Origin: Candidatus Pacearchaeota archaeon
GTDB taxonomy: Archaea > Nanobdellota > Nanobdellia > Pacearchaeales > GW2011-AR1
DNA: 41,247 nt
Direction: 5' to 3'
Assembly: GCA_023475035.1 (NCBI GenBank)
Contig: JAMCXF010000033.1
Location: 2,868-44,114, forward strand
In this document: positions 17,192 to 26,327 of the stretch, in pieces
How positions within the stretch are numbered: the first letter of the stretch is position 1
How the letters are laid out: each line of letters starts with the position of its first letter
The notes under the pieces: generated by a model
The model's database searches: none
What the model saw: the letters and a program-made list of their open reading frames with translations, nothing else
What the model was told of the DNA's origin: nothing
Position numbers and translations under genes: made by a program

Positions 17192-17710
17192 TTATTCTTC
17201 AGCCCATTTTGCAAAATCCGGATAGCCTTTTGAGAATAATACAAAATCTTCTGCTATTTTTTCTATAACTGTTCGCCCTGACAAATAAGACTCTTTTGCA
17301 TAACTGTTATCTTCAATCATTTTCATAACTTCTTCTTTTGAAGTTCTTATGATTATATCTTTTACTGCAGTTTCTCCGTCGTTGATTATAACATCTCCTT
17401 TAACGATTTCTATATTGTAAGAATTTACAAAATACACATTTTCAGCGATGTATAATTGGATTTTTGGCGTGACATCTGAAAAAGGAACTTCGTGAATGCT
17501 TTGCAGTTCCAGTCCAACCATCAATGCTCTTATTGTATCTTTCTGAACATGTTCGCTGTATATTCCGGTTTGCTTATTTCCCTGCAATGATTCGTAAACA
17601 TAAAACAGCGCTATAATCAAGACAATGCCTTCAAAAACATAGAGAAATATTTTCGGGATATCAAGCTCTTTTTTTTCCTGTCCGAAATTTTTTTTAAATA
17701 TAGGGTTCAT
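17192..17710 (-). CDS. Hypothetical membrane-anchored protein (172 aa), adjacent to the tfb stop.
   Basis: ORF track. One TM helix (IFLYVFEGIVLIIALFYVY). Abuts tfb (TGA then ATG). Confidence 0.5.
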   Translation of the reverse strand: MNPIFKKNFGQEKKELDIPKIFLYVFEGIVLIIALFYVYESLQGNKQTGIYSEHVQKDTIRALMVGLELQSIHEVPFSDVTPKIQLYIAENVYFVNSYNIEIVKGDVIINDGETAVKDIIIRTSKEEVMKMIEDNSYAKESYLSGRTVIEKIAEDFVLFSKGYPDFAKWAEE

Positions 17711-18625
17711 TCAGCTTCTTTGTTCTTTCTCTTTTATCTTATCTTCAAGTTTTAATTTTTCAATTAATTCTTTGTAACGATTTCTTATTGTAACTTCTGT
17801 TATTCCTGCAATATCTGCAACTTCTCTTTGCGTTTTTTTCTCGTCATTCATCAAAGCAGCGACGTAAAGAGCAGCAGCTGCAATTCCTGCCGGGCCTCTT
17901 CCCGAAGTCAGTTCAACTTTTTCTGCATTCTTCAAAACTGTCAAAGCATCATTCTGAGTTTTTGGAGACAATTTTAATACAGATGAAAATCTTGAAATGT
18001 AATCTTTTGGGGAACTTTGTTTTACCTTAATTCCCAACTTTCTTATAATGAATCTATAAGTTCTTCCAATCTCTTTTCTTTCGACATCAGAAGCAGTTGT
18101 CATTTCGTCAAGAGTTCTTGGGATGTTATAACTTCTGCACGCAGCATACAAACAGGCAGCAATTACTGACTCCATGCTTCTTCCTCTTACTAATCCTCGC
18201 TGCAAAACATAATTGTAAATTCTTGATGCTTCATCTCTGACGACATTTGGAAGATTCAAATAAGATGCAATAACTCTAAGTTCAGCCATTGCCAGTCTTA
18301 AATTTCTTTCAATAGATGTTGAAACTCTTTCCTGCCATTTTTTTAATCTGAGGAACTTTCTTGTCTGCCCAGGCTCTAATTTGTATATATCAGAAATCTC
18401 TCCGACATTTGTTGTCAAACCTTTGTCAAATTTTTGCATACTTATTGGAGCTCCGCCCCTTCCTTTCTTTTCGTCTTTGTCGAATTTTCCCTGCAAATCA
18501 ATTCCTGTGTCTGCCATTTTTTCCTCGACGACAAGTCCACAATCATTGCATATTATTTCACCAAGATGAGAATCATAAGTAAGGTTTATGCTTCCACATT
18601 CCGGGCATTTTTTTATAAAACTCAT
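17711..18625 (-). CDS. tfb: Transcription initiation factor IIB (TFB).
   Basis: N-terminal zinc ribbon CPECGS...CNDCGLVVEE and two cyclin-like repeats. 304 aa. Confidence 0.9.
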   Translation of the reverse strand: MSFIKKCPECGSINLTYDSHLGEIICNDCGLVVEEKMADTGIDLQGKFDKDEKKGRGGAPISMQKFDKGLTTNVGEISDIYKLEPGQTRKFLRLKKWQERVSTSIERNLRLAMAELRVIASYLNLPNVVRDEASRIYNYVLQRGLVRGRSMESVIAACLYAACRSYNIPRTLDEMTTASDVERKEIGRTYRFIIRKLGIKVKQSSPKDYISRFSSVLKLSPKTQNDALTVLKNAEKVELTSGRGPAGIAAAALYVAALMNDEKKTQREVADIAGITEVTIRNRYKELIEKLKLEDKIKEKEQRS

Positions 18626-18646
18626 TTTAACAGATTTACGGGTAAG

Positions 18647-18656
18647 ATTTATAAAG
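18647..18656 (-). promoter_or_regulatory. TATA-box-like tttataaatc (minus strand), about 22 nt upstream of the tfb ATG.
   Basis: Direct reading. Position is consistent with a leaderless or short-leader transcript. Confidence 0.4.
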
Positions 18657-18789
18657 CTTTTCCCTATTTAAACCTTTCTCGTTTGTTAGTTATTCCAAAA
18701 TGGTAAAATAAAGACAACTAATCGTTTTCTTTATCAAACTTTCCTTTAAATTTGGGTCACGCCTGAGTTTGCTGTAAAAATTTAATAAA

Positions 18790-19152
18790 CTACTTTGAAA
18801 TAAGAATTCCATTCATCACTCCTTCCTGAGAAGGCCTGTTTGTGATTCTGACCTTGCCGAGTTCTGTCTCAACAATTGTTCCTTTTGTAATAATATTTTG
18901 TCTTGCAAGGAATCTGTTTGAAGGTGTCTCTGAAACATTTTTTATCTCTAATTTTTTGCTTTTTCCTTTGTCAAAAATGTTTACGAATTTCGCTCCTAGC
19001 AAAAATATTTTCTCGTTTCCGCCTCTTATTCTTTTGCTTTTTATTTTTTCAGCTCCGAGCTTGACAGTTCTTCTTTGTCCTGCTATTTCTCTTGCCTTTT
19101 TCTTTCTTGGGCGTATGTATTTTCCGCCAGATATTTTTCTTCCAAGTTTCAT
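18790..19152 (-). CDS. rps8e: 30S ribosomal protein S8e.
   Basis: ISGGKYIRPRKKK..., RIRGGNEK and ITNRPSQEGVMNGILI are typical of S8e. Confidence 0.85.
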   Translation of the reverse strand: MKLGRKISGGKYIRPRKKKAREIAGQRRTVKLGAEKIKSKRIRGGNEKIFLLGAKFVNIFDKGKSKKLEIKNVSETPSNRFLARQNIITKGTIVETELGKVRITNRPSQEGVMNGILISK

Positions 19153-19258
19153 ATAAAAGTTTTTGATTTTTTGTTTAAATACTTTTCCTTTCTTTTGACT
19201 ATTTATCTATATACTAAATTGACGAAACTTTTATAAATGAACTTCAATGAATTATTTT

Positions 19259-19507
19259 ATGGTTAGCGGAATTGAAAGACCTTTGGATTTGCTGAATAAC
19301 GCAAAAGGAAAAGAAGTTTTGGTTTACCTGAAAGGCGATAAACAATTTGCAGGAACTCTTTTAGCTTTTGACATTCACATAAACTTAGTTTTAGACAACA
19401 TAAAGGAAATGCAAAATGGAGAAGTAAAAAGAAATCTCGGACTTACATTCTTAAGAGGAGACACAATAATCTGCATTTCTCCAGCATCAAGTGTTTCTAA
19501 AAAATAA
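19259..19507 (+). CDS. Sm-like (LSm/SmAP) protein.
   Basis: RPLDLLNNAKGKEVLVYLKGDKQFAGTLLAFDIHINLVLDN...LRGDTIICISP carries the Sm1/Sm2 motifs. ATG 19259 is preferred because the TATA (19229-19237) lies ~22 nt upstream. Confidence 0.8.
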   Translation: MVSGIERPLDLLNNAKGKEVLVYLKGDKQFAGTLLAFDIHINLVLDNIKEMQNGEVKRNLGLTFLRGDTIICISPASSVSKK

Positions 19508-19563
19508 GCATTCTAAAATATATTTTGAAAACTTATATAAACGTTTTTTGCTTAATTTAAATT

Positions 19564-20454
19564 ATGATTAAGCTAACTTTTTTAGGAACTTCAGATGCAA
19601 TTCCTACTGCAGAAAGAAATCATACTTCTATTCTGTTGAACTACAAAGAGGAAAATATACTTGTTGACTGCGGAGAAGGAACTCAGAGGCAATTCAGGAA
19701 AGCAAAATTAAATCCGAATAAAGTAACCCGAATTTTAATTACTCACTGGCACGGAGATCACGTTCTGGGAATTCCAGGAATACTTCAGACGTTGAGCTTC
19801 AGCGAATACAATAAAACTCTTTACATTTACGGGCCTCTGGGGACAAAAGAATTTATGAGAAATCTTTTCAAAACTTTTGTTTTTCATAAAAATTTCAAAA
19901 TAGAAGTTGAAGAAGTCAGCGGGAAATTTTTTGAGACAGATGATTTTTATATTGAAGCAGAAAAAATGAGGCATGGCATTCCCTGCAATGCTTACAATTT
20001 TGTAAAAAAAGGAAATTTAAGAATTGACAAAAAGAAACTTGCAAAAACAAAAATTCAGGGGCCGATTTTGAAAAAATTGAAAGATGGAAAAGATATTGTT
20101 TATCAGGGGAAAAAGTATCTTGCTAAAAATTTGACATATACAGAAGACGGAAAAAAAGTTTCGTTTGTTTTTGACACTTCTTTTAATGAAAGAATAGTTC
20201 CTTTTGTAAAAAATTCTGATTTGCTAATCTGTGAATCGACTTTTGGAACAGAGATGGAGGACAGGGCAGAAGAATACAAACATCTTACTTCAAAACAAAC
20301 TGCCGAAATAGCAAAGAAGTCAAACTCTAAAAAACTTATTCTTACGCACATAAGCCAAAGATACAGCAAAAATCCCAAGAAGATTCTTGATTCTGCTAAA
20401 AAGATATTCAAGAATTCTCACTTAGTGAAAGATTTGGATGAGATTGAAGTTTAA
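19564..20454 (+). CDS. rnz: Ribonuclease Z (tRNA 3' endonuclease).
   Basis: Metallo-beta-lactamase motif ITHWHGDHVLGIPGIL. FLGTS and NHTSILL at the N-terminus. 296 aa. Confidence 0.85.
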   Translation: MIKLTFLGTSDAIPTAERNHTSILLNYKEENILVDCGEGTQRQFRKAKLNPNKVTRILITHWHGDHVLGIPGILQTLSFSEYNKTLYIYGPLGTKEFMRNLFKTFVFHKNFKIEVEEVSGKFFETDDFYIEAEKMRHGIPCNAYNFVKKGNLRIDKKKLAKTKIQGPILKKLKDGKDIVYQGKKYLAKNLTYTEDGKKVSFVFDTSFNERIVPFVKNSDLLICESTFGTEMEDRAEEYKHLTSKQTAEIAKKSNSKKLILTHISQRYSKNPKKILDSAKKIFKNSHLVKDLDEIEV

Positions 20455-20494
20455 TAGAAAGGTTTTAAATAGAATTTTTTCTTATGTTGATTAT

Positions 20495-20615
20495 GCCCTG
20501 GTAGCTCAGCCTGGATAGAGCATTAGCCTTCTAAGTGAGATGGGAAATCTCCCATTCTTCCTTTCGAGGAAAAGAAGAAAGCTAAGGGTCGCAGGTTCAA
20601 ATCCTGTCCGGGGCG
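20495..20615 (+). tRNA. tRNA-Arg (UCU) with a ~46-nt intron at the canonical 37/38 position (about 20534-20579).
   Basis: Exons give GCCCTGG/CCGGGGC acceptor, anticodon loop CTTCTAA, T arm GCAGG-TTCAAAT-CCTGT. The intron carries two hairpins: atggga-aatc-tcccat and ttcct-ttcg-aggaa. Confidence 0.85.
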
Positions 20616-20624
20616 TTTAATAAA

Positions 20625-21464
20625 ATGAAAAAGAGTGCTGAAAATCTGACTTTTCCTTTGAAGGGGAAATATGTAGCAATGCTTGCTCCTAGTTTTGTCG
20701 TTGATTTTTCTTACCCTCAAATAATTTCGCAGCTTCACAATCTAGGATTTGACAAGGTTGTTGAACTTACTTTTGGAGCCAAACTTGTAAATCGGGAATA
20801 TCATAAAATTCTTGAAAAATCCAAAGAACTTGTTATCTCAAGCGTCTGTCCCGGAGTTGTTGAGACAATCAAATCAAAATATCCTCAATATAAAAAAAAT
20901 TTGATTCCTGTTGACAGTCCGATGATTGCAATGGCTAAAATCTGCAGAAAGATTTATCCCGAGCACAAAGTTGTTTTTATCTCTCCCTGCAATTTCAAAA
21001 AGGTAGAATCTGAAAAATCTGATTTTGTTGATTATGCTATTGATTACAAGGAACTCAAAACTCTTTTTCAAAAGCATAAATCGAAAAAAAATAATTCAGG
21101 AACTTTTGACAAATTTTACAATGACTATACAAAGATTTATCCGATTGCAGGAGGATTGTACAAAACTGCTCATTTGAAGAATATTCTCGAAGATGATGAA
21201 GCAGTCATAATTGACGGAATCGACAGAGTAACTGCTTTTCTTGACAATCCGGATCCTAAAATAAGATTTCTCGACGTGAACTTTTGCAAAGGGGGATGCA
21301 TCGGAGGGCTGTGTGTAAACTCTAAGCTTCCTTTATTATTGCGGAGAAAGAAAGTTCTTGATTATCTTAAACTTGCAGAAAAAGAAGAAATTCCTGAAGG
21401 GAGCAAAGGAATAATAAAAGAAGCAAAAGGTATTTCTTTAAATTCTTCATATCCGACTTCTTGA
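20625..21464 (+). CDS. Minimal [FeFe]-hydrogenase large-subunit-like (HydA core / Nar1-like) protein, 279 aa.
   Basis: Three H-cluster-like motifs in order: SSVCPGVV, ISPCNFKKVE (PCxxKxxE) and FCKGGCIGG (CxxGCxxGG). No ferredoxin-like N-terminal domain. Confidence 0.55.
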   Translation: MKKSAENLTFPLKGKYVAMLAPSFVVDFSYPQIISQLHNLGFDKVVELTFGAKLVNREYHKILEKSKELVISSVCPGVVETIKSKYPQYKKNLIPVDSPMIAMAKICRKIYPEHKVVFISPCNFKKVESEKSDFVDYAIDYKELKTLFQKHKSKKNNSGTFDKFYNDYTKIYPIAGGLYKTAHLKNILEDDEAVIIDGIDRVTAFLDNPDPKIRFLDVNFCKGGCIGGLCVNSKLPLLLRRKKVLDYLKLAEKEEIPEGSKGIIKEAKGISLNSSYPTS

Positions 21465-21514
21465 TTTAAAATCTAAAGAGAAAAATTTATAAACTATTTT
21501 TTAAATGAAAATTT

Positions 21515-21832
21515 ATGAACATAGAAAAAATAACACAAGAAGAATTGGACAAAAATGCAAATCAAAAAATTCTTTTTATCGAAAAGTCATATAAGAGAGA
21601 TAGTGGTTCCTGCATAAATCAGAATTTGCTAGCTGTTTTAGGAACATACAAAAGAATTGAATCAGGCTGTCTGATTTTACAAGATACCTGCATTGCCGGA
21701 CAATCGCAGATGAATTCTACTTCTCCTCAGGAAATACTTTCTTCATTAGCAAAATGCAAGGTTATAAATGGCGAATCTCTGTATACTAAATCGCTATTTC
21801 ATTCAGATATTTACAGAGTTGCTGTAGACTAA
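21515..21832 (+). CDS. Hypothetical protein (105 aa).
   Basis: ORF track. TATA-like aatttataaac lies ~21 nt upstream. No recognisable motif. Confidence 0.4.
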   Translation: MNIEKITQEELDKNANQKILFIEKSYKRDSGSCINQNLLAVLGTYKRIESGCLILQDTCIAGQSQMNSTSPQEILSSLAKCKVINGESLYTKSLFHSDIYRVAVD

Positions 21833-21930
21833 TTTTCTGTATAGTCCCGAATAAACAATTTTATATCCTCTACTACACCTGTGCCAATTATAATTAACTT
21901 TAAAAGTTTTGAATTTCTTTATTTTTATAT

Positions 21931-22044
21931 GCGCGGGTGGCACAGCGGCTACTGCGTCTCCCTGCAGGTCGGAATCATAGATTCCTCGCTCTACTCTTGC
22001 GAGCAGAGAGGAGATTTTCACGGGTTCGAGTCCCGTCCCGCGCT
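21931..22044 (+). tRNA. tRNA-Cys (GCA) with a ~41-nt intron at position 37/38 (about 21968-22008).
   Basis: GCGCGGG/CCCGCGC acceptor, anticodon stem TCTCC/GGAGA, loop CTGCAG|A, T arm ACGGG-TTCGAGT-CCCGT. Intron hairpins: ggaatc-ata-gattcc and ctcgc...gcgag. Confidence 0.85.
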
Positions 22045-22090
22045 TCCAATCATTCGCTTTTAAATCGTTTCGGCTATTTTCAGAATAATA

Positions 22091-23881
22091 CTACTTTGTG
22101 AATCTAGGTTTTGCTCCTGTTAAATCCAGGTATTTATCTTTTACCTTTTCTTGAATTTCTTTTTTCTTGGTAATCTTTGCTCTTGGAATTGTGATTCTCG
22201 CAGATATTTTCTTTTTGGGCAATTTGACTTGTTTTTTATGGGCTTTTTTTCTTTTTCTTTTTTTAGTATTTTTTTTCTGTCTTTTCCTTTGATAAATATA
22301 AATTATAACTCCTAATAACACAGCTATCCCCAGCACTACAAACATGTTGGTATTCTGTTTTATAACATTGAATGTTGCCGTTGCACTTGCAAATCTTTCA
22401 TTATATTTAACTTTGACATAAAGAATATATTTCCCGCTGTTTACATTTTCAGGAACTTTAATCCTTTTTAAAAAACCAACTTTCGTTTCCACAGCAATTG
22501 TTTCTTTTTCTGTTAATACTTTATTCCCTTCATCATCTTCTATTACATATTCTATTTCTACATCTGCTCTTTTGAGGAGTCCAAGGTTGAATAACTCTAT
22601 TTCGGCAAGAATTTCCTTTCCTGGCAAAACATTAGAATATTCTTCGGGAATATTTACTCTCAAATCAAAAAGGGCGTCTTTATATTCAACTTCTATCATT
22701 ACTAAAACTTCCTCTGTTGTCATACCATTTTTTATAATCAACTTCCCAACATATAAATCTGGAACAACTTCTTCCCTTATTATTACGTCAAAAGAAATGT
22801 CTCTTGTTTCTCCAGCCTCTAATTCAATCTGCGTTTCATCTAACAGAATAATACCGTCAAGATTTTCCTCAGTTAATGATATGCTTATTTTTTCATCTAA
22901 AATATTTGTTATTGTAATCTTTTTTGTTGTTATACTTCCGGGAGTGAGAGATATACTTATTTCACTAGAATCTAAACTAAAACTTTTAATTTTTTTTATA
23001 ACAGCACCGTCTCCTCCAGAACCGCCGCTGGAACTTCCACCTGCCGGTATTATAGGAGGGACAACAACAGGAGTTTCTTCTGCGGAATAAACTGAAAAAG
23101 ATGTAACATTAAATTTTAAGATTCCTCCTGCATAAGACTCTAATGTGCAAATTGTTGAAGGGCAAATATTCCCTTCTCGTAAAATTCTCGGATCTGAAAA
23201 AGTTAAATCATAAAGAGACAGCGTAGCTGTTTTGTTAAAATTTGGGAGAGCTGTTGAATTTATTGCGATTCTATTCGATGAGATGTTAATATAAGAATTA
23301 ATATCAATCTCACCATCAGAGAAATCTTCATCGTCTGTCAGATTTATATTTTCATTAAATTTTATTTTTCCAAAATCTGTATTCTCTAAAATTATATCAC
23401 TAAAATTTTGCAGTTCTTCATAAGAATAATTGGAAAAATTAGTTGTTTCTCCTTTTTTCTCCCCCTCATATTTATTTTTGTTTACAGAAAATTTTGAAGA
23501 ATCAACAAAAAAAGTGACATTTTTTAATATCTCTCCATTTGAATTGCTTGCATACAAAAATAAAATATGACTTCCTTGAGACGTGCTAAAAGATGTTGAA
23601 TGTGTCAATGTTATATTTTCGCCAGAATCAAGGCTATACCAAACACTTTCTTCATTGCTTGCTGTATAACTAATCGGAATTGATTGATTTCTTATATATG
23701 TTTGATTTTTTGGATTGATTAGGCTCAATACTGGAAGTTCGGCTGAAACAGAAAGGTTTTTGAAAAGATTTCCTTCAATTGCAGATGAGGGGGTTATTGA
23801 AGATGCAGGGCTGACTGAAACCCATGCATTTACATTTAATGATAAAAAAATAACCAAAACTAGAAAAAAAATTTTTTTCAT
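22091..23881 (-). CDS. Surface protein (596 aa) with a signal peptide, beta-sandwich-like repeats, a C-terminal TM anchor and a Lys/Arg-rich tail.
   Basis: MKKIFFLVLVIFLSLNVNA, a G/S linker, ...NMFVVLGIAVLLGVIIYIY-QRKRQKKNTKKRKRKK. The start overlaps the upstream stop (ATGA). Confidence 0.65.
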   Translation of the reverse strand: MKKIFFLVLVIFLSLNVNAWVSVSPASSITPSSAIEGNLFKNLSVSAELPVLSLINPKNQTYIRNQSIPISYTASNEESVWYSLDSGENITLTHSTSFSTSQGSHILFLYASNSNGEILKNVTFFVDSSKFSVNKNKYEGEKKGETTNFSNYSYEELQNFSDIILENTDFGKIKFNENINLTDDEDFSDGEIDINSYINISSNRIAINSTALPNFNKTATLSLYDLTFSDPRILREGNICPSTICTLESYAGGILKFNVTSFSVYSAEETPVVVPPIIPAGGSSSGGSGGDGAVIKKIKSFSLDSSEISISLTPGSITTKKITITNILDEKISISLTEENLDGIILLDETQIELEAGETRDISFDVIIREEVVPDLYVGKLIIKNGMTTEEVLVMIEVEYKDALFDLRVNIPEEYSNVLPGKEILAEIELFNLGLLKRADVEIEYVIEDDEGNKVLTEKETIAVETKVGFLKRIKVPENVNSGKYILYVKVKYNERFASATATFNVIKQNTNMFVVLGIAVLLGVIIYIYQRKRQKKNTKKRKRKKAHKKQVKLPKKKISARITIPRAKITKKKEIQEKVKDKYLDLTGAKPRFTK

Positions 23882-26235
23882 CTCAAATTGGTCAATTCAG
23901 TTCTGTTTATCTTTAGTTCCATGTAATCCATCTGCATAATATTCGCTGCTGCATCGGTTGTGTTCTGTGAAACTAACACACCAAAGCCGGTTTCTCTACC
24001 GCCAGCAGTAGGAATATTTGACGTTACAGAAGATGTCCAAAGCTGGGCCCCGCTAGCATAATTGTACAGTGAAAAAGCAACTGATGTTGCTTCGCTGTTC
24101 ACAACCACTTCCCCTATATACCATATATTACTCGCAATTGTGTAAGTTGAACCTGTTGATGTCGGGCCCGCATTATTTTTGCACATTCCTTTTAATGTAT
24201 TGGCTGCTGTCGTATTAACATCAATCCAACATCCATCAGTTGGTTCGGCAGCAGTAATTGAATCCATAAAACCCATTCTGTATCTAACGTTGGTTCTTGC
24301 CGTAGCATGCTGAAAAATAAACCTTGCTGATTCATTTCCAGCAATTCTAAAAGCAGCAACATCTGTCATTACTCTAAATCCTCCATTTGCTGTTGTCGAA
24401 TCTCTTAGTGCAATAATTCCAGGATGGCTTGCATTTCCTGCAATTGCTACACCTGTTCCTGACGAAATTGCAGCTCCTAAAAATGGATCGTAAGAAAGTG
24501 TCGTGCTATAAGATAAAAATTCCTGAGATATTTTCCAAGGAGGGACACTACTTGAACCGCTTCCTGTTTCATCTGCTGTACAAGTAAATATTCCTGTTGA
24601 ATTATCATAGGCTGAAATTTTATCTGTTCCTGAACAAGTTATTGTTGACGCATTTGTTTTAGAGTCGCCGCCTGCTCCTGTCGCATCTGTACAAAAATCA
24701 GCGTCTGTTCCATCATCTTGAGTAATATTTTTACAGGATATTTTAGTTCTGTTCTGTTCTCCGATATGCAATGCTGAATTATTTACCAGTGTAACATTTG
24801 TACTAATCATTGAGAAAAACCATCTATTATCCCAAGTTGTATTCCAATTTGTAAATGTTAATTGTGAATAATTAAGAGAGATGTTAGTTGCCCAAGTTGA
24901 AATGTCGATAATGCCGAGTATTAATCGCGAAAAAAAACCAGTATTCGCGGTTAAATTCTTGCTTACAGTAAGATTATTGAAGCTGACATTTGCAGTTGTA
25001 TTTAACTGCTGATCAAAATAATTTACTCCTCCGCCACTGCTTGTGATTGTGCACAAATTGCTAACTGCACCTGTAATATTAGAACAGGACAAAGTTGTCA
25101 TATTTTGTCCTCTCGTTATTGACAAGTTTGCAATCATCGACGCTGTTGCATTATACAAATTTTGGATATTTTTTGTGTTGTTTATTATTGATGAATTTAA
25201 AATAAAAGAACTGTGAAAATCAGTAAAACTAAAATCTCCTCCGCCACTGACTAATTGTGAAATTGACAAGTTTGCAATCATCGACGCTGTTGCATTATAC
25301 AAATTTCCAAGATTTGCAGTGGTGTTAATTGTCAATCCTTGCTGTGCAGTTACATTGACTGCAGTTATTCTTCCATCTGTATATGTGTTTGCAAATGCAG
25401 TCCAGTTTCTTGAAATGTTTGCAATCCAGTTTGAAATATTTATATCACCTTCAATAAATATTGAACCTGTTACATTCAGAACATTTGACAAATTCGTCCA
25501 TGTTCCTGCAAAATTATTTGACTGATTTGTAAATGCCAAATTTGCATAATTCATTCCTCCCACTCCGCTTTGGCTTATCGATAAGTTTGCAATCATCGAC
25601 GCTGTTGCATTATACAATTCCTGAATATTTTTTGTTGTATTCTTTAAAAATAACTTGCTGCTATTCCAATTTCCAAAAAAAGTATCCGCTGTTATATTAT
25701 TTGTTGTATTAATTGCTCCGCTTCCATTTATTTTCCCATTAAAATCAATATCTTGAACGAATAAAGTTGTGATTCTTGTGACTAAATCCCCCAACCAAGA
25801 AAAAAATCCTGTGCCTACTGTTGTCATATTATAATTTATTATGTTTAGATTGGAGTCTGCTTCAATTCCGCTTATCGTTATATTTCTTGCTCTGAAAGCA
25901 TAAGGGACTCTCGCAATTTTTTCATTTGATTGTAATATTCCTGTTCTATAAACACAAAGCCAATATTGTTCTGAATAATTCAGATTTGTATTTTCTAAAT
26001 AATAAGAAATTATCCCTTGCGCATCTGTTGTTTGAGTGGAATAATTTGTATATATTGGATTATTGCAATCATCAGCAATTGAAATATTAAATTCAAATTT
26101 GAAATCCCCTGTAACAATATCTCCGTTTGTATCTACTGCCTGCACATTAACATGAATTGAATCATTTACGGGGACGGCATAAATAAAATTAACAAAAAGA
26201 ATGCATATTGCAATTAAAAAGATTTTTTTCATCAT
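23878..26235 (-). CDS. Secreted sequon-rich protein (785 aa) with tail-fibre-like repeats and a probable jelly-roll (ConA/LamG-like) C-terminal domain.
   Basis: Signal peptide MMKKIFLIAICILFVNFIYA. ARVPYAFRARNI motif. The motif LYNATASMIANLSI occurs three times. More than 40 N-x-S/T sequons. Confidence 0.65.
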   Translation of the reverse strand: MMKKIFLIAICILFVNFIYAVPVNDSIHVNVQAVDTNGDIVTGDFKFEFNISIADDCNNPIYTNYSTQTTDAQGIISYYLENTNLNYSEQYWLCVYRTGILQSNEKIARVPYAFRARNITISGIEADSNLNIINYNMTTVGTGFFSWLGDLVTRITTLFVQDIDFNGKINGSGAINTTNNITADTFFGNWNSSKLFLKNTTKNIQELYNATASMIANLSISQSGVGGMNYANLAFTNQSNNFAGTWTNLSNVLNVTGSIFIEGDINISNWIANISRNWTAFANTYTDGRITAVNVTAQQGLTINTTANLGNLYNATASMIANLSISQLVSGGGDFSFTDFHSSFILNSSIINNTKNIQNLYNATASMIANLSITRGQNMTTLSCSNITGAVSNLCTITSSGGGVNYFDQQLNTTANVSFNNLTVSKNLTANTGFFSRLILGIIDISTWATNISLNYSQLTFTNWNTTWDNRWFFSMISTNVTLVNNSALHIGEQNRTKISCKNITQDDGTDADFCTDATGAGGDSKTNASTITCSGTDKISAYDNSTGIFTCTADETGSGSSSVPPWKISQEFLSYSTTLSYDPFLGAAISSGTGVAIAGNASHPGIIALRDSTTANGGFRVMTDVAAFRIAGNESARFIFQHATARTNVRYRMGFMDSITAAEPTDGCWIDVNTTAANTLKGMCKNNAGPTSTGSTYTIASNIWYIGEVVVNSEATSVAFSLYNYASGAQLWTSSVTSNIPTAGGRETGFGVLVSQNTTDAAANIMQMDYMELKINRTELTNLR

Positions 26236-26327
26236 CCCCTCTGTAAAATATATACATTTCTCTTTTAAAACTCTTTTTGTTCTCTTTATTCAAAATATTT
26301 AAAAAGTGTAGTGCCTAATAATTTTTT

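Noticed and set aside
20523-20738. Minus-strand ORF overlapping tRNA-Arg.
   Set aside because: It overlaps a well-folded intron-containing tRNA and the start of the hydrogenase-like gene.
10187-26235. A diversity-generating retroelement (TR/VR pair) targeting the large surface proteins.
   Set aside because: There is no reverse transcriptase gene and no template-like repeat of a gene 3' end in the window. The internal repeats of the 785-aa gene are in-gene tandem motifs and show no adenine-specific mismatches.
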